In this document: in pieces, positions 1 to 10,300 of the stretch
Layout: the number at the start of each line of letters is the position of its first letter
How positions within the stretch are numbered: position 1 is the stretch's first letter
Source: Histomonas meleagridis 2922-C6/04-290x
Lineage: Eukaryota; Protista; Parabasalia
Length of the DNA stretch: 64,000 bases
Assembly: GCA_020184695.1 (NCBI GenBank)
Contig: JAANOX010000244.1
Coordinates: 94,792-158,791, forward strand
Reading direction: 5' to 3'
Program-made: the position numbers and the translations under genes
The notes under the pieces: model-generated
What the model saw: only the letters and a program-made list of their open reading frames with translations
Database searches by the model: none
Told to the model about the DNA's origin: nothing

Positions 1-1592
1 ACTAAATATTTTTATAAAAGTTATTTAATTTATGCTAAAAATAAACAAAATTTTAAAATATTTTCAATTTTGATTATTATATTTTTTGTTAATACAAAAC
101 AATCGATGAAACAACTAAAACACTCACAATATCTGATTTCAATGATTATTCAAAAGATTATATGAATGTTACTGAGCACGTTATAATTATTAATGTTGGA
201 GAGCTTGAAAATAATGCGTTCATAGAATGGCCTTTATTAACAACAGTAATAATTGGAGAAGCAGTTGGAAATATAAATAGTGGAGCATTTGCATCATGTA
301 AACAATTAGAATATGTCCAATTTCCAGATAAATTAATGAGTTCAATTGGAGGTGGTGCATTTGAAGAATGTATTTCATTAAATAATATTACAATTCGTTG
401 TAATAGCATTGGTGGTAATGCATTTTACAAATGTACAGGACTTGAAACGATAACTTTGAATGAAGGCGTACGAAGTATTGGCTCAGATGCATTCAGAGGA
501 TGTACAAACCTTGTGAATATTTATATACCAAGTTCTGTTACTTCAATTGGTTATCCATTTTTAGAATGTACAAAACTTCAATTTATTAATGTTTCAGATG
601 AAAATTTTAAATATTCGAATTATGAAAATGATGGCGTTTTATATAATAAAGAAATTACACAAATTATTAGTTATCCAAATATGAAAAGTAAAACATTTAC
701 AATTCCTAATTCAGTCACTTCGATTATGAATTATTCTTTTGCTTATTGTAATAATTTAGAAAGAATTTTTATTGGTGAAAATGTTAAATATATTAATTCT
801 TGTGCATTTCTTAATTGTGCATCACTTCAATGTATTCATTTTTATGGAGAAATTTCACCAGAAATCCAAAATGATGCATTTGTTAATATAAATGCTACAA
901 CAGTTATGACAATAGAAACATATCAAAATGAAACATTTGGAAATATGAATATTACTAAGGGAACAACACTTGACGAATGTCTTCCGCCAACACTCACATT
1001 CACCAACTCAAATACATTTACAAAATTAAATACATTTACTGAATCGGATTCACTAACTGCATCAGTTGCTCATTCATCTGATGTAACTTTATCTTTAACA
1101 CATTCGTTCACTTAAACTCAGTCATTATCTATTACACTTTCGATTACATTTTATAGTAAATACATAAATACAATTTCATTGTTAACATTTGAATCCACTT
1201 ATAGTTATATATCGACAAATGTCATTTATTACGATTACACTGTTATATATTATTCGTCTTATTATAGTTATTATTATGACTTTTATACATTAGTTGTCAC
1301 TGATGTTACACCAAAAGATAATTCGATATCAAATGAATTGTTAATTGGTATTATATGCGGCGCTATTGTGATAGTTTTGATAATTGTCGGAATTGTAATA
1401 TTTATGATTAAATATCAAAATAAGAAGCGAAAACAAAATGAAGAAGAAATGAATATTTCAGATGAAAATAATAATAATAATAAAATTAATGAAATCGATA
1501 ATACATTTTCAGTTGGGATTAATAATTCAAATATTGAAGAAGATCCATTTGCAGACGATTTCAAAGAAGAAAAATTTATAAGTCAGATATAA
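1..1592 (+). pseudogene. BspA-like (LRR_5) surface protein with S/T stalk, TM helix and DPFxxDF tail; 5' end runs off the window; one in-frame TAA (1113-1115) and an apparent frameshift near 90
   Basis: ORF 162-1115 has TpLRR repeats (IGGGAFEEC, IGSDAFRGC, IPSSVTSIG). ORF 1179-1592 is in the same frame and the 21 codons between them are open (TQSLSITLSITF...). TM LLIGIICGAIVIVLIIVGIVIF; tail EEDPFADDF. Frame 1 upstream (FSILIIIFFVN) resembles the hydrophobic leader of the paralogs at 13547 and 54961. Confidence 0.75.
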
Positions 1593-1964
1593 ATAAACAT
1601 ATTTTAAGAACAAAATAATTTTTTTTATTAATAAAAGATAAATTCTTTTTGTTATTTGGCAAATCTTATGTTTCCTTCTATTATATATTATATATTATAT
1701 TTTTATCATAGGTATGCAATAAAAACATTAAATTTTCATATAAGATTGTTTTCTTCAAAGTAAATGGTTCTTCTTTAATAGTTGATAAATTAATAACATA
1801 TTCTGTTGTAATATCTTCGTTATTGATTGGATTTTCATAACTATTTTCTTGACAACTTAAAAATATTATTTCGTTTAGCTTGACGATGCGAATCTTTTTA
1901 ATATGGATTCTTTTAAGAAGTGAAATACTTATAATAACGAGACCTTAAAAGTTTTCATACATTT

Positions 1965-3920
1965 TTAATCTTTTGTTTTTTCTTGAAAATCTTCTGTTGA
2001 CTTTTTATGATGTTCTTTTAAATATTGGATCTTTTGATCCTTTTTTTGAACCACATTTATTAAAATTTTATTATCGGACTTAAGTTGAGAGTTTGAAATT
2101 TTTAATTTTTTCCTTTTATATCTTTCAATTTCTAAAATCCTCAGTGCAACTTTTTTCATTTTTATTTCTAATTCTTTTTTAGTTTGTATAATATCTTTTT
2201 TCATTTGCAAAACTTGTAAAGAATGCGAATGTTTTTCTTTGATATATTTTTCTTTTAGTTTATCAAATATCTTTTGAAGTTTATTATATTTCTCTTGAAG
2301 CTGATCCATGCGTTTGTTTAACGCAATAAGTTTCAAATTGGATATTTCAATTAATGATTTTTTATGATTGTTAAATATTTCTTTTTGACTTTCTTTAGGA
2401 TTAAAATCTTTTCCCTTATTCTTTATGGTATCAATTTCATTTTGTTTCATTGATATTTCCTGAATAGCAATAGACAGTTTCTTTTCAAGTGATTTATGAT
2501 AAGTTCGATCATCAAATTTAGTGTTTTGAAAGGAATCAATAAAATCAAGCGTAGATGGAAGTAATGAGTTTTTAGTATTACATTTTATTATAACAAATTT
2601 AATAAATGATATACAACGTGAAAGTTCTTTTTCTTTATTTTCTCTAAGAGTTATTTCTTTATTAATTTTATCTCGAAGTTTATTAATAGTTTGTTCAGTT
2701 TCTATCTGTTTATTTATTAACAAAGATGTTTTTTCATTATTTAATGAATTTACTTCCTTTCTTAATTTTGAGCAGATGCTTTGGAAATCATTTACAAGTT
2801 TCCTCAAAATATGGTTAATCTCAAAAGATTCACGAAGTATTATAATTAACTTTTCATTATCATCATTATCATGCTTTTCTATGAACTTTTTAATATCCTC
2901 CGAAAGTTTTGATGGATTTATACTTGAATTATAAAAAGAAAATTCATCGTCAAAACCTTGCGCATATTCTTTGATGAGTTCTACAAGTTTTTCAGCTTCT
3001 TTTAAGAAAGTATCAATGGTATTTTGCTCATTAATTATTAGATGCTTATTTAAATATTCAACAAATTTAAAATGATTATTGAGTTCACTATATTGATTTG
3101 ATATTATTTTATTTTGTTCAGCAATTAAAGTTTTTATTAAGTTAATAATGCTTTTATCAAATGATTCTTCTTTAAATAAATCAATTAAATCGATTTTATT
3201 GTTTTGCTTTAATAAATTGATAATTTTGTTTTTAATTTTTTTGGTAATTTCTTCTTTGGATTGTTTTAGTAAAGAATTGGAATTTTGTTGTTGTGCTGAA
3301 AGAATGTCATCATACTTAGATAAAAGCAGTGATTGCTTTGATATGATTGACGTAAGAATTTGCCTTTGATTTGAATAATCAAAAAGCTCTTCTGCTTGTT
3401 GCAAAAGTTGTTGAAAAATGATTTCATTTTCTTTTTTTAGGTTATGATCAACATGAATTGTGCTTTCGGGATTTTTTAGAGAATCACTTAAATTGCTGCT
3501 TTGCTTGGCTTCTTTAAACTTTTGTTTATAATTACTTGATTTGCGTATCATTGAAATTTGATTGTGGAGATCATGAATTGTGGCCTTTAATGAAGAAATT
3601 CGTTCTGATTTTACTCTTTCGGAAATTAATGTAGGAATTTCTTTTTTGTTGTTTAGGTTCACTTTTTCTCCTATTTGGAAAAAATCAAATATATAATTCA
3701 AAATTTCGTGTTGAAATTGGTTAACTTTAAGCAACGAATTAATTAAGATATTTGATTTGGAATTAACTATTTCTTGATTTGACATATCAAATTCTGAAAA
3801 ATTATGAAACTTTTCTTGAACCATATTTAAATCTTTAATCGAAAAAAATTCCTTCTCCTGAAAGCTTTTAAGTTCATGAAAAAATGTACTGTCGGAATGA
3901 CTTTCATTTGTTTTTAACAT
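1965..3920 (-). CDS. Hypothetical coiled-coil protein (651 aa)
   Basis: Long uninterrupted ORF rich in K/E/Q/L heptads; no recognisable catalytic motif. Confidence 0.7.
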   Translation of the reverse strand: MLKTNESHSDSTFFHELKSFQEKEFFSIKDLNMVQEKFHNFSEFDMSNQEIVNSKSNILINSLLKVNQFQHEILNYIFDFFQIGEKVNLNNKKEIPTLISERVKSERISSLKATIHDLHNQISMIRKSSNYKQKFKEAKQSSNLSDSLKNPESTIHVDHNLKKENEIIFQQLLQQAEELFDYSNQRQILTSIISKQSLLLSKYDDILSAQQQNSNSLLKQSKEEITKKIKNKIINLLKQNNKIDLIDLFKEESFDKSIINLIKTLIAEQNKIISNQYSELNNHFKFVEYLNKHLIINEQNTIDTFLKEAEKLVELIKEYAQGFDDEFSFYNSSINPSKLSEDIKKFIEKHDNDDNEKLIIILRESFEINHILRKLVNDFQSICSKLRKEVNSLNNEKTSLLINKQIETEQTINKLRDKINKEITLRENKEKELSRCISFIKFVIIKCNTKNSLLPSTLDFIDSFQNTKFDDRTYHKSLEKKLSIAIQEISMKQNEIDTIKNKGKDFNPKESQKEIFNNHKKSLIEISNLKLIALNKRMDQLQEKYNKLQKIFDKLKEKYIKEKHSHSLQVLQMKKDIIQTKKELEIKMKKVALRILEIERYKRKKLKISNSQLKSDNKILINVVQKKDQKIQYLKEHHKKSTEDFQEKTKD

Positions 3921-4016
3921 CCAAGTAAAACATCTTTAACGTACATTTTGACTTTTTTTATTTTCTTCTAATAAACACAAAAAATTTATCAAAAAAACAA
4001 AATCAAAATTCTATTT

Positions 4017-6653
4017 TTAGTTTTCATCAACAGGTTCCTGTGGACCACTTTCGATCAAATTCATCAGTTTTTCGTTTCTTCCTTTCTGAGCAATGTCATA
4101 TGCTGTTTCTCCTTTGTTATTTTGTGCTTCAACATTTATACCATAAGTTGAGAGTAAGAGTTTAACATTTTTAATATTACCACTTAAAGCAGCGATATGT
4201 AATGGTGTCCAATAAATATCTAAAGAATTCCATCGAAAGAATTTAATGAATATTATCTATTACATTTATATCAAACATATTTAATGAAAGAATTAACTTT
4301 ACCATTGCATTATTAGCAGATTGCAAAGCACAATGAAGAGCATTTCTATAAACAGAAAATTAATTCCGTCATTTGTCTTTTCAATTATATCAATTCCTTC
4401 ATAATTACATAAAAATTGAGCAACATCACAAGATCCTTTTAATACAGAAGAAAGAAAAGGTGTACGAAATTTATAACGCAAATTCCTTTTGAATCTTTTG
4501 GATTAAATTTAGTTCCTTTTAACGATAAAATATAATGAACAACTTCTAAATTGTTTCCTAACGCTGCAAAATGTAAAGCAGTTCTATAAAACATAAAGTA
4601 ATTCCTTCATTATCTGTTTCATTTATATCAAAATTACCTCTTTTTAAAACTGATTTAAATATATCTAATGGACAATTCTTAGCAACTAAATGTAAAAGAT
4701 TTTGAAGAAAGAAAAAGAAACATTAAATACACAAAATAAATATTAAACATTAAAAATAAATTTGAGTTTTAAAGTTAATATCAGTTTCTTCAAGAGATAT
4801 TAAAAATTCTACAATATCAAAGTTTTCTCTTCCAATAGCTATTAATAAAGGTGTTAAACCAAAACTAAAAAATAAACTTTAAATAAATTATATCAAATCT
4901 TATTCGCTTGATTAACATCTATTCCTTTTAATGATACTAAAAACTCAATAACTTCTTTATAACCAGTTTTAGAAGCGACATGTAAAAGTGTATTTCCATC
5001 AACATCTGTTATATTAATATTTGTTTCTGGAAAAGAACAAAGAAATTGTATAATTTCAAGTTGTCCATTTTTAACTGCATTATGTAAAGGTGTTTCATAA
5101 ATAATCAAAAAACTCCATTAAGTTAGATAAAAAAACATTACTTCTTGCATTTACATATGATCCTTCATATGAACATAATACAATAGTAGTTGTTAAATGT
5201 CCATTTTTTGATGCAAGATGAAGTGGCGTTTCAATAAATATAATAAAATTCCATAAAGTTATTAAAACAAATTTTATCTTTTGCATTAAAATTAATATAA
5301 TCAAATGAAGACAAGAAAACTATAGACTCATGTGCTCCACATTCAGCTGCTACATGTGCAAGTGTAACAAAAGAAAATGATAAACTTTACTAAAAATTTT
5401 AAATAAATTTTATCTGTCGAGTTTATCTCAAAATCTTCAGGAATTAGAACTTTTAAATAATTAATTGCGGAAAATCGTATAGCATTTTTTAAAACATAAC
5501 TAAAAAATAAAAATAAATACCAAAAATTTCAAAAAAACTTTGGAAAAATTAAATTAATGATTTTGTTAATATCAAATGATTTATATTTTTTCATGTATAA
5601 TTTAAATGCTTCAAAGTTATTATATACAATGCAATTATTTAAACAAGAAAAATTTAACTTTTGCCTATGATTTTTTTGTAATAAATTCATTATATCATAT
5701 TGATGATATTTAATTGATGTTTCTAATGAATCATCAAATGATATTTTATTCTTTAAACATAATTGAACCATATCTACATTTCCTCCAGCAATTGCAAATA
5801 AAATTAAATGTTTTGGTAGATATTCTAATTTTTTAACAAGGAATTTAAAACATTTAAATGAACCATAAAATGCTGCATATTCAATAAGTGTGGGGTTTTT
5901 ATCGGTAACCGTTCCGATAAACATTTCATTTATTTTTAAACGTATAAATTCTGTGAATTTTAATTTAGAATCAGTTATTATCTTTTCCATAAGAGAAACA
6001 TTATCTTCACGAATAGCAGCAGCTATAGGTTCTTTGTTCATCCTTAATGTTCTTTCTTCTGGTTCAACAGATCCAAATATCCTTACATTTATTTTTGGTT
6101 GATTTGGTCCTCCCTTTTTTGGCTTTACAACTATTGTAGATAATGTTTTAGAATGATTTCTGAAGAAAAATGGGTCAAATTCTTTAAGTTCATCTCTAAA
6201 ATATGTTGATAAATCTTTATCATAAGGTGCACGCTCCCAAATCTTCTTTATAGTAATTAAGTTATTTTGAAGAAGTTGAAGGAGAAAATAATACACTTTT
6301 CTTTGTTGCAATTGATTCATAAGAAAATCGTAATCTAATCCATTTTTAAAATTTGAATTAATTAATTTCAATAAATTAACTAATAAATCTATTGTTTTAT
6401 ATCTAATTTCGGAAACAATTGAAATATTTAATAATAGATCTTCTTGTGGAATTTCTATTGATTTGATATAAGAAACAAGTTCTTCAAGTGATTCTTCAGA
6501 TATGTTAAGTATTTTTTGTAGTAGTTGATTTGAAAATAAAAAATTTTGATTCATGGATTTCATTCTTTCATCCATTTTCGAATGGCCGTTTTTTTTTAAA
6601 ATCTTGGTCGACCAAAAGCATTTTATCGCATTAATCATAAAATTCATCATCAA
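4017..6653 (-). CDS. DUF3447-type ankyrin-repeat protein interrupted by 19 ultra-short intervening sequences (about 770 aa after removal)
   Basis: N-terminal ORF 5529-6653 has the family motifs (AAAIREDN, LIEYAAFYGSFKCFKFL, FAIAGGN). Removing 18x17 nt plus 1x18 nt (324 nt) from the 2637-nt span leaves 2313 nt = 771 codons with no internal stop, reading ...NAKDK-YG-ETPLHLASKNG...NARSN-NG-ETPLH...DNEG-RTALH...DSKG-RTPF...TNDG-RNALH...IDN-DG-WTPLH...GPQEPVDEN* (TAA 4017-4019). Confidence 0.85.
4212..5558 (-). other. Array of 19 non-canonical 17-nt (one 18-nt) intervening sequences with 3-6 nt micro-exons
   Basis: Plus-strand coordinates: 5542-5558, 5522-5538, 5502-5518, 5392-5408, 5369-5385, 5256-5272, 5233-5249, 5120-5136, 5097-5113, 4881-4898 (18 nt), 4861-4877, 4745-4761, 4725-4741, 4705-4721, 4586-4602, 4467-4483, 4348-4364, 4235-4251, 4212-4228. 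On the sense strand all start ATT or GTT, none ends in AG, and all intervening exons (93, 96, 96, 198, 99, 102, 102, 102, 96 nt) are multiples of 3. Confidence 0.9.
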
Positions 6654-6910
6654 AGCTAATTAATCATCATTACATACTATGTTTTGAACATAAAGATAGA
6701 TTTTTTTAATTAATGCATAAACATAAATTTTATTAATAATCTTTTTTAATTTTCATCCAAACTTTATTATCAAGTTAAAGTTTGTTTTTATTTTATTCGT
6801 TCATTTACCTTTTAAAAGATTAATCATTTCTCTAAGTCTTGAAACAACTTAGATGAAAACCAATTTTCAAACAAACATTCACAATATTTGACTCATCAAA
6901 CGTTAAAATA

Positions 6911-7186
6911 ATGAACCAAGTTGTTGGCGCTCCAACTACGATGTCAATTGAAGTTCCTTCTGATATCAAATTGAAATCAAAAACCCCTGAATTGCTTGAT
7001 TTGATGGGTGCACTTGAACGGTTACCAGATGATGAATTTATTGATTCAGCAAAAATGGTTGCAAATCTAGTGTTTATACTTGAACCGGAACGAAGGAAAA
7101 AAATCCAAGAAGTCAGTTCACTTGAAAAAGAATTACAAGAATACAAAGATCTGTTAAAGTCAATTTTAGAAATTGCAGAAGAATAA
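6911..7186 (+). CDS. Small hypothetical protein with C-terminal coiled coil
   Basis: 91-aa ORF with coding-like composition. The frame stays open upstream to about 6857, and an ATG at 6853 is one base out of frame, so the true start may be earlier. Confidence 0.4.
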   Translation: MNQVVGAPTTMSIEVPSDIKLKSKTPELLDLMGALERLPDDEFIDSAKMVANLVFILEPERRKKIQEVSSLEKELQEYKDLLKSILEIAEE

Positions 7187-7317
7187 CTGTAACTACACAA
7201 CACAACTTAACAATGTTTCATAAAAAAATCTTTTTACGTTTCTTGAAAAAAAAAAAAAAAAAATCGAAATTAATTTTTATTAACATTTTTTTTTGTATGT
7301 TTGTACAAATAAATTTT

Positions 7318-10300
7318 TTACACATGGAAATCCGCTGGTACAATGTTTTCTTTTTTAGGTGGAGGTGGAGGAGAAACTAAGAACGTTGTCACTTTTCCAT
7401 GCTTCACTTCAACTTCACCCCTTTCTTTGATGTCAAAATCTCCGTCATAAATCAAATCGCAAACAGATTTTGCGATGTGCACCATCATTGGCACGCCTGT
7501 GTGTTCCATTTGTTGTGCCATATTAATAGCTGGCCCTAATATTTCGAAAGTTGGTCTATCGATACCAAGTACTCCAGCTATGATAGGACCTCCAGTATTA
7601 ATACCGACTCTCATTCTTAAGTTTTGATTTAATTTAACATTCAAAGCTAAAAGAGCATTAATTGAATCAATGCCAAACTTCACCATTTCAGTTGCAGCGA
7701 TTTTAGGTGGATTATTATCAAAGATACCACCTGCAGCCATATAACAATCACCAATACATTTGATTTTAGTCAACGTTGAATACTTATTTAAAGCTATATC
7801 ATAAACTCTAAACATTTGATTCAAAGTTGACATTACTTGAGCAGCTTGTAATGAAGCGCACCAAGGAGTAAACTCACATATATCCATAAACAAAATTGTA
7901 GCAGTTTGAACGGAGAATGAAATTTCGGATTTACCATTTTTCAAATCTTCTACAATTGACGAAGGTAATATTTGTCTTAATAAGTCATCACTTCTTTTCA
8001 TTTCTTCTTGTAATAATTTTTCCATTCGAATTGTTTGAGTTTGATTTGAAGATACTAAAATGAAATAATTAATTTTAGTATTAGAATTTAATATACCATT
8101 AATTACACCATTATCACCAATTGCTATTAATTTTAATTGTATATTTAATATTGAATCATTTTTAACTATTTCGATTGGTTGAATTATAGTTAAAGGTCTT
8201 TTTCCATTTATAGCATTTTGATATTTTTCTTTAAATGAATTAAATCCGATATTATTAGCAGAAGGATTTATCATTTCGAAGAATGATTTCCCTATGAATT
8301 GTTCCGAATTATCATATATCATTTTAGTTGAAGGGTTAATTTTAGTTATTATCATATCTTTATTTAAGAATATAACTGATTCGATTAATCGTTCAATAAC
8401 ACTTTCATAAAACATTGTTGATTGTTCAATAGATTTCATATTTTGTTTCATATTAAAATCACCTGAAATTAATTTGACTAAATTTGGTGATGAAACGATT
8501 ATTTCTGGAGGACAATGAATTAACATTTGGATTAACCATAAAAGTCTTTTCTTTAATGAAATTAAATATATTATAAATGCAATATATTCGAATATTATAA
8601 ATATATCAAACACTAATAATATTATAATATTATAATTATATTTTTCATCAACAATAGTCTTTAAATCAGAATATAAAAATGTAGCTGATGGCCATATTGA
8701 TGAACTATAAAAGTATTGTAATATATAATTAACTTTACTAACAATTATTGTTTCTGTTAATGATAATAAATCAGATCTAACAATTGAAATTAAATCATTT
8801 AAAATGATTTCTAAAAATAAATAATTATCTTCTGATGAAAAACATTGATAAAAATTATCGAAATCAGTCGAATCACAATCATTTGTATAAAAATATTCGG
8901 CTGTTAAACTTGATAATCGTGTTAATGCTTTAATATTATCTTCATCATTCCCTATTAATATTGTATGTTCTAATTCTAAAATTTCTTGATAAGAACTTGA
9001 AATTTCTGTTAATATTTTTGTTGGGTCATTTCCTATTAAAGTTTTCCCAAATAATAAAAATCCATATTGTAATACATAATTAAACATATAAATTGATTCC
9101 GAATAAATTTTAGATAATAAGTTTGGATAAGGTGCATCAACATTTATTACATCTAAAATTTCATTCATTGAAGAATATGATAAATATTCTTGTAACATTA
9201 AAAGGAAAATAGTAATAATACATATGAAAAATACTATAATTATTACAAAGATTGATGATAATGATTGTGTTGAAGTAGATGTAAATATTGAAATCAAATT
9301 CTCTTCTTGTTTATTACGAATTATTTCAACATTTTCTTGGTTCTCTAAATCTTCATCATTTTCTATTTTAGATCGTAATGAAGAAACTATATTTGAAACA
9401 ATTTGTTTAGGAATTTTTAAGAAGTTATACATTATAACACTTCTTTGTTTAGTATAATATATAACAAATATTATAAATATTATTATACCACAAAAGAAAT
9501 CAATACAAGAACAACATATCAATGAAATTATTAAGAAATTACGAATTGAATTTTCTTTTTCTAATTCATAATTATTAAAATTAATTGCAATATCATTATA
9601 AACATTCATAATAATATCTCTATGATCAAGTATAGTAATTAAACGATAATCATTAATTACTGTATCGATATCATTAATAGTTATAATATCACTAGCTAAT
9701 ATTGACATGAATGAAGTTGAACTTTCGATACTTTTATTTACTGGTTCATATATTAATTCATTATTATTATCTATATTTATAGTATTAAATTGTATTGATT
9801 GAGAAAATAAATAATTTGAAATTTTCTCTAAATAGATATTATTTTGATCATAATTATTTAATGATTTTAAATTCGAAATTCGAGTTTCTATTTCACTTGT
9901 AATAAAATTAATTTGATTCGTTATATCATTTGAAGGACCAAATGCTAAAGTATATAATTCATCACCTAAGAAACTATAACCTCGATAAATACTCATAATA
10001 TTTTGTAATACTAAAAAACTTAAATGTAACATATTCGTACGAATATCATAAGTATAAGTTTCATATTGAAACAATTGCATTAACTTTTGAACTTTATCAT
10101 TAGGAATTTGATTTAATAATAAAAACCCTAAAGTTAAACATATTAAAATATAAATAGTAAATGCGACAATAGTAAATGTAATGATTGGTATCTTAACATT
10201 TAATAAACTTTCTCGAATTGTCGAATAAAGTAATCCTTCATTAGTTTCCGACGTTTCGAAGATACTTAAAGAAGTTGAAATTGAACTATTATTATTAATA

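Noticed and set aside
76-92. Possible 17-nt ATT-starting insert explaining the frameshift at the 5' end of the first BspA gene
   Set aside because: The frame arithmetic fits, but it would delete the IIFFV hydrophobic segment conserved in the paralogs' leaders. A point indel is simpler, and ATT starts are frequent by chance in this DNA.
4584-4603. AG-terminated 20-nt intron alternative (AATTACTTTATGTTTTATAG)
   Set aside because: No GT start, and it deletes the Arg of DNEG-R-TAL. The equivalent inserts at 4467 and elsewhere have no AG, so the 17-nt parse is more consistent.
5113-5136. Canonical-looking 24-nt intron GTTTTTTTATCTAACTTAATGGAG (GT...CTAAC...AG, minus strand)
   Set aside because: Removing it leaves 16 nt before GAA ACA CCT, which is out of frame and hits TGA. 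The 17 + AATGGA + 17 parse restores NARSN-NG-ETPLH exactly.
4212-5558. U12-type AT-AC introns
   Set aside because: Starts are ATT/GTT rather than RTATCCTT, there is no TCCTTAAC branch site and no AC/AG end, and 17 nt is too short for those signals.
4212-5558. CRISPR-like array (regularly spaced short elements)
   Set aside because: The short elements differ in sequence and the spacers are ankyrin-coding exons; eukaryotic context with no cas genes.
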